Below, one piece after another: positions 10,211-17,138 of a stretch of DNA of 32,000 bases. The notes under the pieces are model-generated. The model saw only the letters and a program-made list of their open reading frames with translations. It searched no databases and had not been told where the DNA came from. Where the stretch lies: the NCBI RefSeq assembly GCF_000020385.1, contig NC_010814.1, positions 1,290,001 through 1,322,000 on the forward strand, given 5' to 3'. A program made the translations under genes and the position numbers. The stretch comes from Trichlorobacter lovleyi SZ (GTDB lineage: Bacteria > Desulfobacterota > Desulfuromonadia > Geobacterales > Pseudopelobacteraceae). Position 1 is the stretch's first letter. Every line of letters begins with the position of its first letter.

Positions 10211-10245
10211 TGGTAAAGCCTCCTTCTCGAAAAGTTAAGAGAATA

Positions 10246-11376
10246 CTATTGACGCTTCCAGGTGCTGCGGGCACCTTCGGAGCGGATCAGTTTTAACGTC
10301 CAGCCCAGTTGCTTACCGGTCTTGTTGATGGCGCTCTTGACGGCATCAGCGCTGCTGCCGGACTTTATTTCAAAGGTGGTTTTGCCGCCGCCAGACTCCC
10401 GCTCACGGATGTTTTCCATGCCGGGAACCGTCTTCAGGGCCTCCTTAAAGCTGGACACATCGTCAATCTCGGCCACACCATCCAGAACAATAATAAAGGT
10501 GCCGGCGCCGGATTTCTCCCGTTTCCAGCTCTTCTTGATGGAGTCGATCATCACGTTTGAGATCTTGTGGCCCACATCTTTGGCAGAGCGGTAGAGTGCC
10601 TCCTGCAGGGTGCCGGCATGGGAGGATGATTCAACATCCTTGCTGGCAACCACCCGCGAGGTGCTGGGGTTGATCAGCTGGGCACGCAGGAATATTTTTG
10701 CTGCTCCGCCGGTGTACTGCCAGTAACCTTCTCGGCCGATGCCGACCGTCTGGTAGTACAGCACCAGATCGGCATGGTATTTCAGGCCGTAAAGCGCCGC
10801 CTTGTTGGTGTCCAGCTCCATCTCATGGGTTTCGGCTACCTGAACGGAAAATTTCTGGGCCGAGGCCTTGTCGATTACGTCAAAACCTTTGTCAGTCAGC
10901 ACTTCAACAATCGCCCCGTAGGAGTTGTCGAAGAACGCTTCCAGATCGGCACGGGTGCTGCCCAGTGTGGCTCCCTGGGGCAGGTTGGGGTTATAGAGCA
11001 CCATGATGCGGGGATTGCCCATGGCGTCCTGCATCAATCCCAAGGCGTTGATCTCATTTTCCAGGCTCTTCAGGTTTACTTCGGCAGTCACCTGCAGCTC
11101 GTAACCGGCCCCGGTGAATTCAGGCTCCCCTTTTTGGACAAGCCGGGCCAGTTTCCTGGTCTTGCCTTTCAGGGCAGAGGCGATCTTCTGTTTGTTCTTC
11201 TTGACGGTTTCTTCGTCAAGGATCTGCTTGACTGCCATATCAATGGCATTGTTCAGGCCGCTTGCAACCGCTGCATCTTCAGACATGCCGCGACCGGTTG
11301 CCGTAAACTGATCAGCGAGCGCAAAGCTGCAGAGGGCAAGCAGAAGCGTTACGGCAAGTATGATGATCCGTTTCAT
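10246..11376 (-). CDS. Exported FlgT/LPP20-like protein, tandem paralog 3
   Basis: Signal peptide MKRIIILAVTLLLALCSFALA. Conserved core LTDKGFDVIDKASAQKFSVQVAETHEMELDTNKAALYGLKYHAD. C-terminal ESGGGKTTFE...GWTLKLIRSEGARSTWKRQ. Confidence 0.8.
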   Translation of the reverse strand: MKRIIILAVTLLLALCSFALADQFTATGRGMSEDAAVASGLNNAIDMAVKQILDEETVKKNKQKIASALKGKTRKLARLVQKGEPEFTGAGYELQVTAEVNLKSLENEINALGLMQDAMGNPRIMVLYNPNLPQGATLGSTRADLEAFFDNSYGAIVEVLTDKGFDVIDKASAQKFSVQVAETHEMELDTNKAALYGLKYHADLVLYYQTVGIGREGYWQYTGGAAKIFLRAQLINPSTSRVVASKDVESSSHAGTLQEALYRSAKDVGHKISNVMIDSIKKSWKREKSGAGTFIIVLDGVAEIDDVSSFKEALKTVPGMENIRERESGGGKTTFEIKSGSSADAVKSAINKTGKQLGWTLKLIRSEGARSTWKRQ

Positions 11377-11385
11377 GATTTCCCC

Positions 11386-12495
11386 CTACTGTTTCTTCCA
11401 GGTACTTCTGGCACCTTCGGCACGGATCTTCTTCATGGTCCAGCCCAGTTCCTTGGCAACGCGGATCACATCACGGTCAAGCTGGTCACGCTTGCCTTTG
11501 TAGGTGGCTTCAAAGGTAGTCTTGCCGCCGCCGGACTCAACCTCTTTGGCACCGGTTGCCAGCGGAAATTTTTCAAACATTTCGGTGAACCTTGCAATCT
11601 GTTCCGGGTCATCTACACCGTCAATGATGATGGTGTACATGGCGCCGTTCTGCTGCATATCCATCCAGTGCTTTTGCAGTACATCAATCATCGGGTTGAC
11701 AATCTTCTTGCCACCTTCGCGGGCTGCCTTTTCAAGGGCCTGCTCAACGGTCTGTCCCATGCCGGCCTGTTCGACTTTCTTGCTGGTAATGACCTGGGAA
11801 CGGGTGTTGTCGATCAGTTGTGTCTTGACGTTTACCAGAACGCTCTTGCCGATGGCCCCTTCACGGACTACGCCGCTGACGTTGTAAAACAGGGTGTATT
11901 CGGCGTGGAACTTGAGGCCGTAGGCGGCTGCCTTGTTCAGGTCCACATCGATCTCGTGGGTCTCTGCCTGTTGCATGGAGAATTTTTCAGCAGAGGCCTT
12001 GTCCACAACACGGAACTGCTTGTCGGTCAGGGATTCTACAATACCGTTATAGATCTCCTCGGTGAACTCCTTGTCCTTGAAGATCTTGTCCTTGGACTTG
12101 TTGCTGAAGGCCACCAGGATGCGGGGATTGCCCACTACGGCGTTTTTGCGCAGGATGGTCAGGGCGTCAATGTCACCCTTGATCAGCTTGTTGTCAACCG
12201 TGGCAGAGATGGTGATGTTGACGCCGTCAGCGGTTTTTTCTTCTTTGATGATTTTGTAGCTGGTGACATAGCCCTTGCTGTGAGAAAGGATCTTGTCATC
12301 TATCAGTGCTGAATCGATAACGGTGGTGTCTGATTTGATAAAGGTGCCAACCCCTTGCTCTACAGCCCGGCGCATGGCCGTAGCCAGGGCCACTTCCTTG
12401 CTGGGACCTTCACCGGTGGCTGTTACGGCTGCAGCGAAGGCTGCCGTTGCACTGAGGAGCATTACCCCGACAACCAGTAGCAAAATTCGTCTCAT
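11386..12495 (-). CDS. Exported FlgT/LPP20-like protein, tandem paralog 2
   Basis: AGGAGGAAG RBS and signal peptide MRRILLLVVGVMLLSATAAFA. Core LTDKQFRVVDKASAEKFSMQQAETHEIDVDLNKAAAYGLKFHAE. C-terminal ESGGGKTTFE...GWTMKKIRAEGARSTWKKQ. Confidence 0.8.
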   Translation of the reverse strand: MRRILLLVVGVMLLSATAAFAAAVTATGEGPSKEVALATAMRRAVEQGVGTFIKSDTTVIDSALIDDKILSHSKGYVTSYKIIKEEKTADGVNITISATVDNKLIKGDIDALTILRKNAVVGNPRILVAFSNKSKDKIFKDKEFTEEIYNGIVESLTDKQFRVVDKASAEKFSMQQAETHEIDVDLNKAAAYGLKFHAEYTLFYNVSGVVREGAIGKSVLVNVKTQLIDNTRSQVITSKKVEQAGMGQTVEQALEKAAREGGKKIVNPMIDVLQKHWMDMQQNGAMYTIIIDGVDDPEQIARFTEMFEKFPLATGAKEVESGGGKTTFEATYKGKRDQLDRDVIRVAKELGWTMKKIRAEGARSTWKKQ

Positions 12496-12507
12496 GTTTT
12501 CTTCCTC

Positions 12508-13326
12508 CTATCTGATTTTCCATGTGCTGCGGTTACCTTCTGATCTGATCTTCTGCAGCTGTATCCCCTGCTGGGAGGCCAGTCTGAGCAGCTCTCGTTC
12601 AAGCTGGTCGCGCCGTGATTTACAGATGATTTCCAGCGTGGCTTTGCCACCGCCGGCCTCGACCTCCTTGACGGCAGCGACAGCCTTGTTTTTTTCCAAC
12701 AGGGACACCAGTCGTTCGGTCTGGGCCTCCCGGCCTTCAAAGACCATGGTGACGGTGCGGCCTTCATTGCCGTTCTGGGTAATATGCTGCTCCAGGCCTT
12801 TGGACAGTTGTTCGGTCAGCTTTTTGCCCGCGTTTCTGGCTGCCTTTTCAATGGCATCTTCAGTGCTGTGCCCACTTGATGATGCCTCAGCCTGTTTGGC
12901 CGAGATAATCCGTGCACCTGTGTTGTCAATGATCTTGGCACTGACTTTGACCAGAGCACCAATCCCTTTGTCCGGGTCTTTGACAATAGTAGATGTCTTG
13001 AAATGGATGGAATATTCGGCCAGAAAGGTAAGGCCATAGGAAGCAGCTTTGTTCAGGACAGGGTCAATCTCATGGGTGGCAGCAATCTGCATGGCCGCTT
13101 TTTCTGCGGCCGCACGGTCTACCACCCGGTAGCCCCGGTCAGTCAGGTATTCTACCATGCTGTCATAGACACCTGCTTGGGCTGCCAGTTCCTTCTCGGA
13201 TGCGCTGCCGCCAACGGCGCGAATCAAGAGCAGACGCTCACCGTCAGCAGGCTTTTGAGCAGCTAGGGCGGCTGCCGAGGCAAGCATGAGAGCAAGACAG
13301 CTGAGGATTAATAGGATAAAACGCAC
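12508..13326 (-). CDS. Exported paralog 1, a shorter form lacking the N-terminal LPP20-like module
   Basis: The GTG at 13324-13326 gives (M)RFILLILSCLALMLASAAALAA, matching the paralog signal peptides. Core LTDRGYRVVDRAAAEKAAMQIAATHEIDPVLNKAASYGLTFLAE. C-terminal EAGGGKATLE...IQLQKIRSEGNRSTWKIR. The track ORF extends to 13383. Confidence 0.75.
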   Translation of the reverse strand: MRFILLILSCLALMLASAAALAAQKPADGERLLLIRAVGGSASEKELAAQAGVYDSMVEYLTDRGYRVVDRAAAEKAAMQIAATHEIDPVLNKAASYGLTFLAEYSIHFKTSTIVKDPDKGIGALVKVSAKIIDNTGARIISAKQAEASSSGHSTEDAIEKAARNAGKKLTEQLSKGLEQHITQNGNEGRTVTMVFEGREAQTERLVSLLEKNKAVAAVKEVEAGGGKATLEIICKSRRDQLERELLRLASQQGIQLQKIRSEGNRSTWKIR

Positions 13327-13389
13327 TGGCTTAGTCCTTTGGCTTGGGGAATAGAGCGTCAGCATACCAGAAAAAAACGACACCGCAAG

Positions 13390-14298
13390 TTACCAGTCGT
13401 CTGAAGAACCGCCACCGTCAAAGTCTCCGCCACCTCCGGAAAAGCTATCGTCACTGGACGATGAGCCACCGCCTCCGCCACCATAGAAGATGGTCGGCCC
13501 TCCCCAACCACCACCGTAGGATCCGCCGCCACCACCACCGGCATGAAAGAGCCGCATCAGGAGACTGATCAGAAATCCGGCTGCAGCGCCCAAAAGTGCC
13601 AGTACTCCCAGCTTCCAGAGTACCGCTCCCAGGCCGATACCTGCGGCAGCCGGCAGACTCACACCACCTGCCAGAATACCGGCAGTGCGGGAGGATGAGC
13701 CGGCAACAGCAGTTATGACGATGGCCGCCAGCAGCAGGATAATGAAGAGGCCGTAGCCGCTGCCCTTTTTCTTTTTGGCCGCTTTCTTGTCAGCTGCTGT
13801 GGCCTTGAACTCCCCCTTGGTGGCACCGATAATTGCACCGAGACCGGCACTGATCCCCTGGTCTATGTTGCCGGCCCGCAGTTCCGGCGCGATCACATTG
13901 CGGATAATCTGGCCGGCGGTGATGTCCGGCAGGACCCCCTGCAGTCCGGTGCCGACCTCGATTCTGATCTTACGCTCCTTCTTGGCAAGAATCAGGATCA
14001 CCCCGTTGCTTTTGTCTTTCTGTCCAATTTTCCAGGCCTCGGCCACCCGGATGGCGTAGCTTTCGATGACGTCACCTTCAAGGGACGGAATCGTCAGCAA
14101 CACCACCTGATTGGTGGTTTCGTTTTCAAAGGCAGCCAGTTTTTGTTCCAGTGACCGGGCGGTTGCAGGAGAGAGCATCCCGGCATAATCATTGATTCTG
14201 CCCTTTAACGGCGGAGCTTCAAGCGCTGAAACATGCTGTGCCGGACAGACGAACGTTATGATGAACAGCAGAAGCAGTTTGAAGGCATTAAAACGCAT
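13390..14298 (-). CDS. TPM domain-containing protein (YgcG-like) with a TM segment and Gly-rich acidic tail
   Basis: Signal peptide, then RINDYAGMLSP..LEQKL..FE..T..QVVLLTIPSLEG..IESYA..V...W.IGQK..NGVILILAK.ERK.RIEVG.GL.G.L.D, the classic TPM/YgcG pattern. Hydrophobic stretch, then a GGGGGG...GGGSSDDW tail. Confidence 0.88.
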   Translation of the reverse strand: MRFNAFKLLLLFIITFVCPAQHVSALEAPPLKGRINDYAGMLSPATARSLEQKLAAFENETTNQVVLLTIPSLEGDVIESYAIRVAEAWKIGQKDKSNGVILILAKKERKIRIEVGTGLQGVLPDITAGQIIRNVIAPELRAGNIDQGISAGLGAIIGATKGEFKATAADKKAAKKKKGSGYGLFIILLLAAIVITAVAGSSSRTAGILAGGVSLPAAAGIGLGAVLWKLGVLALLGAAAGFLISLLMRLFHAGGGGGGSYGGGWGGPTIFYGGGGGGSSSSDDSFSGGGGDFDGGGSSDDW

Positions 14299-14319
14299 GC
14301 TGGCCTCGTGGGACTCCGG

Positions 14320-14904
14320 TTAGAATTTGACCTTGGGGGCCGTTTTGGCACCTTCCTCAGCCTTGAAAGGTTCTTTGCGTTTCAGGTGAAGCAAGAGTGA
14401 GTTGGTCATGCTGTTTGGAAATGTTCTGATACTGGTGTTGAAGGTCTGCACCGTCTTGTTGTAACGCTCCCGTGCCACGTTGATCCGGTTTTCAGTCCCC
14501 TCCAGCTGCTTCTGCAGATCAAGAAAATTCTGGTTGGCTTTCAAGTCAGGATATTTTTCTGCAACCACCATCAGCCGGGAAAGGGCGGATGACAGCTCCC
14601 CCTGATTCTGCTGGAATCTGGTCAGGGCCGCGGGATCATTGATAACCTCTTTGCTGAGCTGCATACTACCCACTTTTGCCCGTGCCTCGGTGACAGCTTT
14701 GAGGGTGTCTGCCTCATGCTTGGCATAGCCCTTGACCACCTCTACCAGGTTGGGAATCAGGTCGTTGCGCCGTTGGTAGGATGATTCAACATTGCCCCAG
14801 GCCGCGATGACCGCCTCCTCGTTGGCCTGCATGGTGTTGTAGCCGCAGCCGGACAGTGTTGAGAGTAATAACAGCCCAAGCATACTGAGTAACAGGTGTC
14901 TCAT
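14320..14904 (-). CDS. lemA: LemA family protein
   Basis: The start at 14902-14904 has a GGAGG RBS. Sequence MRHLLLSMLGLLLLSTLSGCGYNTMQ..EEAV.AAWGNVESSYQRRNDLIPNLVEVVKGYAKHE..TL..VTEARA is typical of LemA. The track ORF to 15216 is an artefactual extension that overlaps the SemiSWEET gene in another frame. Confidence 0.9.
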   Translation of the reverse strand: MRHLLLSMLGLLLLSTLSGCGYNTMQANEEAVIAAWGNVESSYQRRNDLIPNLVEVVKGYAKHEADTLKAVTEARAKVGSMQLSKEVINDPAALTRFQQNQGELSSALSRLMVVAEKYPDLKANQNFLDLQKQLEGTENRINVARERYNKTVQTFNTSIRTFPNSMTNSLLLHLKRKEPFKAEEGAKTAPKVKF

Positions 14905-15188
14905 ACAGGTGCCTCCTCGTCTTGTTCTGGGTCGTTGCCTTTGAATCTGACCTTCATGGCCGTTAACAACAGGTTGCAAATCAGTGGCGTGATGTTGGCA
15001 AGGATCAAGGGCGTATCGCCGATCAGCATACCGTAGATTAACCACAATGCAACCCCGGCGGACAAAAGAAGTGGTTGCCAGATGGAAAGATCCCGCGCAT
15101 GGCGGCTGCGCCAGGTCTTGATAACCTGCGGCAGTGCTGCGACACTGGTAAGCAGTCCGGCGATCAGGCCGATCAGGGTGGGAGTCAT
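14901..15188 (-). CDS. SemiSWEET (PQ-loop/MtN3-type) three-helix transporter
   Basis: 95 aa with three TM helices. LPQVIKTWRSRHARDLS and LWLIYGMLIGDTPLILAN closely match bacterial SemiSWEETs. There are 4-nt ATGA overlaps with both neighbours. Confidence 0.85.
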   Translation of the reverse strand: MTPTLIGLIAGLLTSVAALPQVIKTWRSRHARDLSIWQPLLLSAGVALWLIYGMLIGDTPLILANITPLICNLLLTAMKVRFKGNDPEQDEEAPV

Positions 15189-15922
15189 GTCGTTTTTTTC
15201 CGGTCGTTGAAGTCACCGGCTGCCCAGTCTATCTGGGACAGCATGCCACGCAGAATAGCAACTTCGCGGCTGTCAAGCCCGGACCTGAAAAATATGCGGC
15301 GTAGCGAACGCATGATGTGACCGGGATTTTGGGGGTTCAAATGCCCAATGCGCAGCAGGGTCTGCTCCATGTGGGTGAACAGCGGTTCAAGTTCTCCGGA
15401 TGGTGCCGGTGTCCGTCGCAGAGAGCCGGTCTCGGCGGTGGCAGCACCGAACAGCTCATAGCAGAAAATCAGGGCTGCCTGGGCGAGGTTGAGGGAACCG
15501 TACTCGGAACTCGACGGTATGGTCGCCTGCAGTGTGCAGAGGGAGAGGTCTGCCGTGGAAAGTCCGTGGTCTTCACGTCCGAAGACCAGCGCTGCAGAAC
15601 CTGGCGCTTGTAACAGTGCCTGGGCCGCTTGGGGGGGGCTGAGCAGTTCCTGGCGGTATTTGCCGCTGCGCCGTGTGGTTGCCACTGAGACGCTGATATC
15701 TGCCAGGGCGTCTGCCAGACTGTCGAACAGTTCTGCCTGCTCCAGCAAATCTCTAGCTGAGACCGCAAATTTAAATGCCTCGGGGTGGAGGTGGTCGCAG
15801 CCGGCCACCAGGCGCAGGCGTGAAAGCCCCATGTTTTTCATGGCACGGCAGACCATGCCGATATTGCCCGGAAACTGGGGTTCAACAAGGATGACGGAAA
15901 GACCGGTAAGGGATGGCGGCAT
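15185..15922 (-). CDS. trmJ: SpoU/TrmH-class RNA 2'-O-methyltransferase, TrmJ-like
   Basis: ILVEPQFPGNIGMVCRAMKNMGL, ALVFGREDHGLS and SLNLAQAALIFCYEL match the TrmJ/LasT group of SPOUT methyltransferases. Confidence 0.8.
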   Translation of the reverse strand: MPPSLTGLSVILVEPQFPGNIGMVCRAMKNMGLSRLRLVAGCDHLHPEAFKFAVSARDLLEQAELFDSLADALADISVSVATTRRSGKYRQELLSPPQAAQALLQAPGSAALVFGREDHGLSTADLSLCTLQATIPSSSEYGSLNLAQAALIFCYELFGAATAETGSLRRTPAPSGELEPLFTHMEQTLLRIGHLNPQNPGHIMRSLRRIFFRSGLDSREVAILRGMLSQIDWAAGDFNDRKKTT

Positions 15923-15927
15923 GGTGG

Positions 15928-16929
15928 CTAGACGGACAGACGTCCGGCAACTTCGGAGCGCATCAGATCAATCATCTCTTCAGTTTTTGCTTCCGGGTCA
16001 ATGTCAGGGGCCTGGGCAGACAGAGCAGCCAGAAAGGCAATCAGTTTCTGGCTGTCGAGCAGCGCGGTCTTGCCGCCCACAAGGTCGAGCAGCTCGTCTA
16101 CCAGATCTGCCCCCTGACGTCCAAGGTAGGCTTTGGCAATTTCCTGCAGGTCGTCGACAATCTCGGCCAATTGGGCCTCATTAGCGCTGTGCGGCTCTTC
16201 TGTTGTCTCGTCCGGCTCCGGCGAGATCGGGGGGGCGACAGGCGGAGTTGCTGCCGGAGCAGGTCTGGTCTGACTGGCGGTGTGGCGACTGTACGATGCC
16301 TGCCAGAGACGCTCTATGTTGAGGGTTTCAAGGAAGTTGTGGTGCAGCAGCTCTTCAGCTGGTAGTGTGCTGCGTACTTCAAGCATGGCACCGGGCAGGG
16401 CGGCGATCCGTTGCGATTCAGCAGGAGAGTTTTCAATTTCCTGTGCTGCATCGTGATAGAAGCCGATCGGTGTTCCCTCTTTGTAAAATATCATGGCGCT
16501 GCGATCCGGCGTGGAGAATAGCATGGTGCCGTTCAGTGCCTGGCTCTTCATGCGGGCCAGGACGGCCTTGAGGTCAAGGTTGCTGACCGGTTCTGGTTTG
16601 AATACCACGTCGCCATGCAATAGCGCATGGGTGCAGACCGCCAGATCAACGGTCATCCGGTAGACGTTGATAACGCCGCCTTCGGCAAGGGCGTGACTGA
16701 ACAGGCTGGTGACGGCCTCAAAGCCGCTTTTACGAGTATTCCCTTCCAGTACAAGTGTGCTGATCAAGGCACCTTTGATGAAGACAAGGTACGCTTCCGA
16801 GCTGTTTGAACCATAGCCCAGATAGCCGGTGAAACCGCCCGTCCCCATTTTTTTCATGGCTTCGGGCAGATTGATTTTTTGAACCGGGATGTTTTCGTAT
16901 AAGGGATTGGAGCGCGGCAGGATCAGCAT
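15928..16929 (-). CDS. Cytoplasmic protein of unrecognised family (paralog P1), with a two-repeat N-terminal region, a Pro-rich linker and a helical C-terminal extension
   Basis: Start chosen at 16927-16929 (MLILPRSNPLYENI) by homology with the N-terminus of the 19111-19788 product (MLRLPKGTPLFENL). Shared blocks are FTGY, NVYR, CxHALLxG and DRSAMIFYKEGxPxGFxHD. Faint resemblance to PATAN/DUF4388-type repeats, unverified. Confidence 0.7.
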   Translation of the reverse strand: MLILPRSNPLYENIPVQKINLPEAMKKMGTGGFTGYLGYGSNSSEAYLVFIKGALISTLVLEGNTRKSGFEAVTSLFSHALAEGGVINVYRMTVDLAVCTHALLHGDVVFKPEPVSNLDLKAVLARMKSQALNGTMLFSTPDRSAMIFYKEGTPIGFYHDAAQEIENSPAESQRIAALPGAMLEVRSTLPAEELLHHNFLETLNIERLWQASYSRHTASQTRPAPAATPPVAPPISPEPDETTEEPHSANEAQLAEIVDDLQEIAKAYLGRQGADLVDELLDLVGGKTALLDSQKLIAFLAALSAQAPDIDPEAKTEEMIDLMRSEVAGRLSV

Positions 16930-17058
16930 GGTACTTTCTCGCTTCAAGGTAATGTGATACTTCAGCCATCTATACCTACTGTATTTGCCGGGCTCTGTCA
17001 AAGGATTATCAGACGCTGGCGTATAGTGTAACTCTATGTAAAATTAGAGATATACGGC

Positions 17059-17087
17059 TTGACAGGGGGTGGTGATGCAGTTATGTT
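17059..17087 (+). promoter_or_regulatory. Putative sigma70 promoter of the TPR gene
   Basis: TTGACA (17059-17064), a 17-nt spacer, then TATGTT (17082-17087), about 50 nt upstream of the GTG start. Confidence 0.45.
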
Positions 17088-17138
17088 TACACAATTATGG
17101 CACGTTTGTCATGTCCCACTATCCAAGGGGTGTTTTAG

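Noticed and set aside
9137-10216. A 359-aa plus-strand ORF antisense to the 9086-10210 gene
   Set aside because: Shadow ORF for the same reasons. It has no RBS or recognisable motif, and the minus-strand product has a signal peptide and paralog-like layout.
10774-12312. A 512-aa plus-strand ORF spanning two of the paralog genes
   Set aside because: It is antisense to two well-supported minus-strand genes that have RBSs, signal peptides and mutual homology. It also crosses their intergenic gap. Its composition (Gly/Val/Leu/His/Asp/Phe-rich, no motifs) is typical of a shadow ORF in GC-rich DNA.
13390-13560. Gly-rich, acidic low-complexity coding repeat at the 3' end of the TPM gene, and the Arg/His-rich antisense ORF 13344-13568
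   Set aside because: Gly-rich C-terminal tails ending in an aromatic residue are a normal feature of YgcG/TPM proteins. This is not a DNA repeat element, and the antisense ORF is an artefact of the GGN/NCC repeats.
14905-15216. The N-terminal 104-aa extension of the lemA ORF in the track (298 aa)
   Set aside because: The extension is Arg/His/Pro-rich nonsense that overlaps the SemiSWEET gene in another frame. The internal ATG at 14904 has a GGAGG RBS and yields a canonical LemA N-terminal anchor.
16996-17001. TTG start of the long form of P1 (357 aa)
   Set aside because: The extra 24 residues have no counterpart in paralog P2, whose N-terminus aligns with the internal ATG at 16929. The TTGACA here looks more like a -35 box than a start codon.
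17098-17113. TGGCACGTTTGTCAT upstream of the TPR gene, resembling a sigma54 -24 element
   Set aside because: The -12 GC dinucleotide is not at the required spacing. The consensus is TGGCACG-N4-TTGC, and here the corresponding positions read TCAT.
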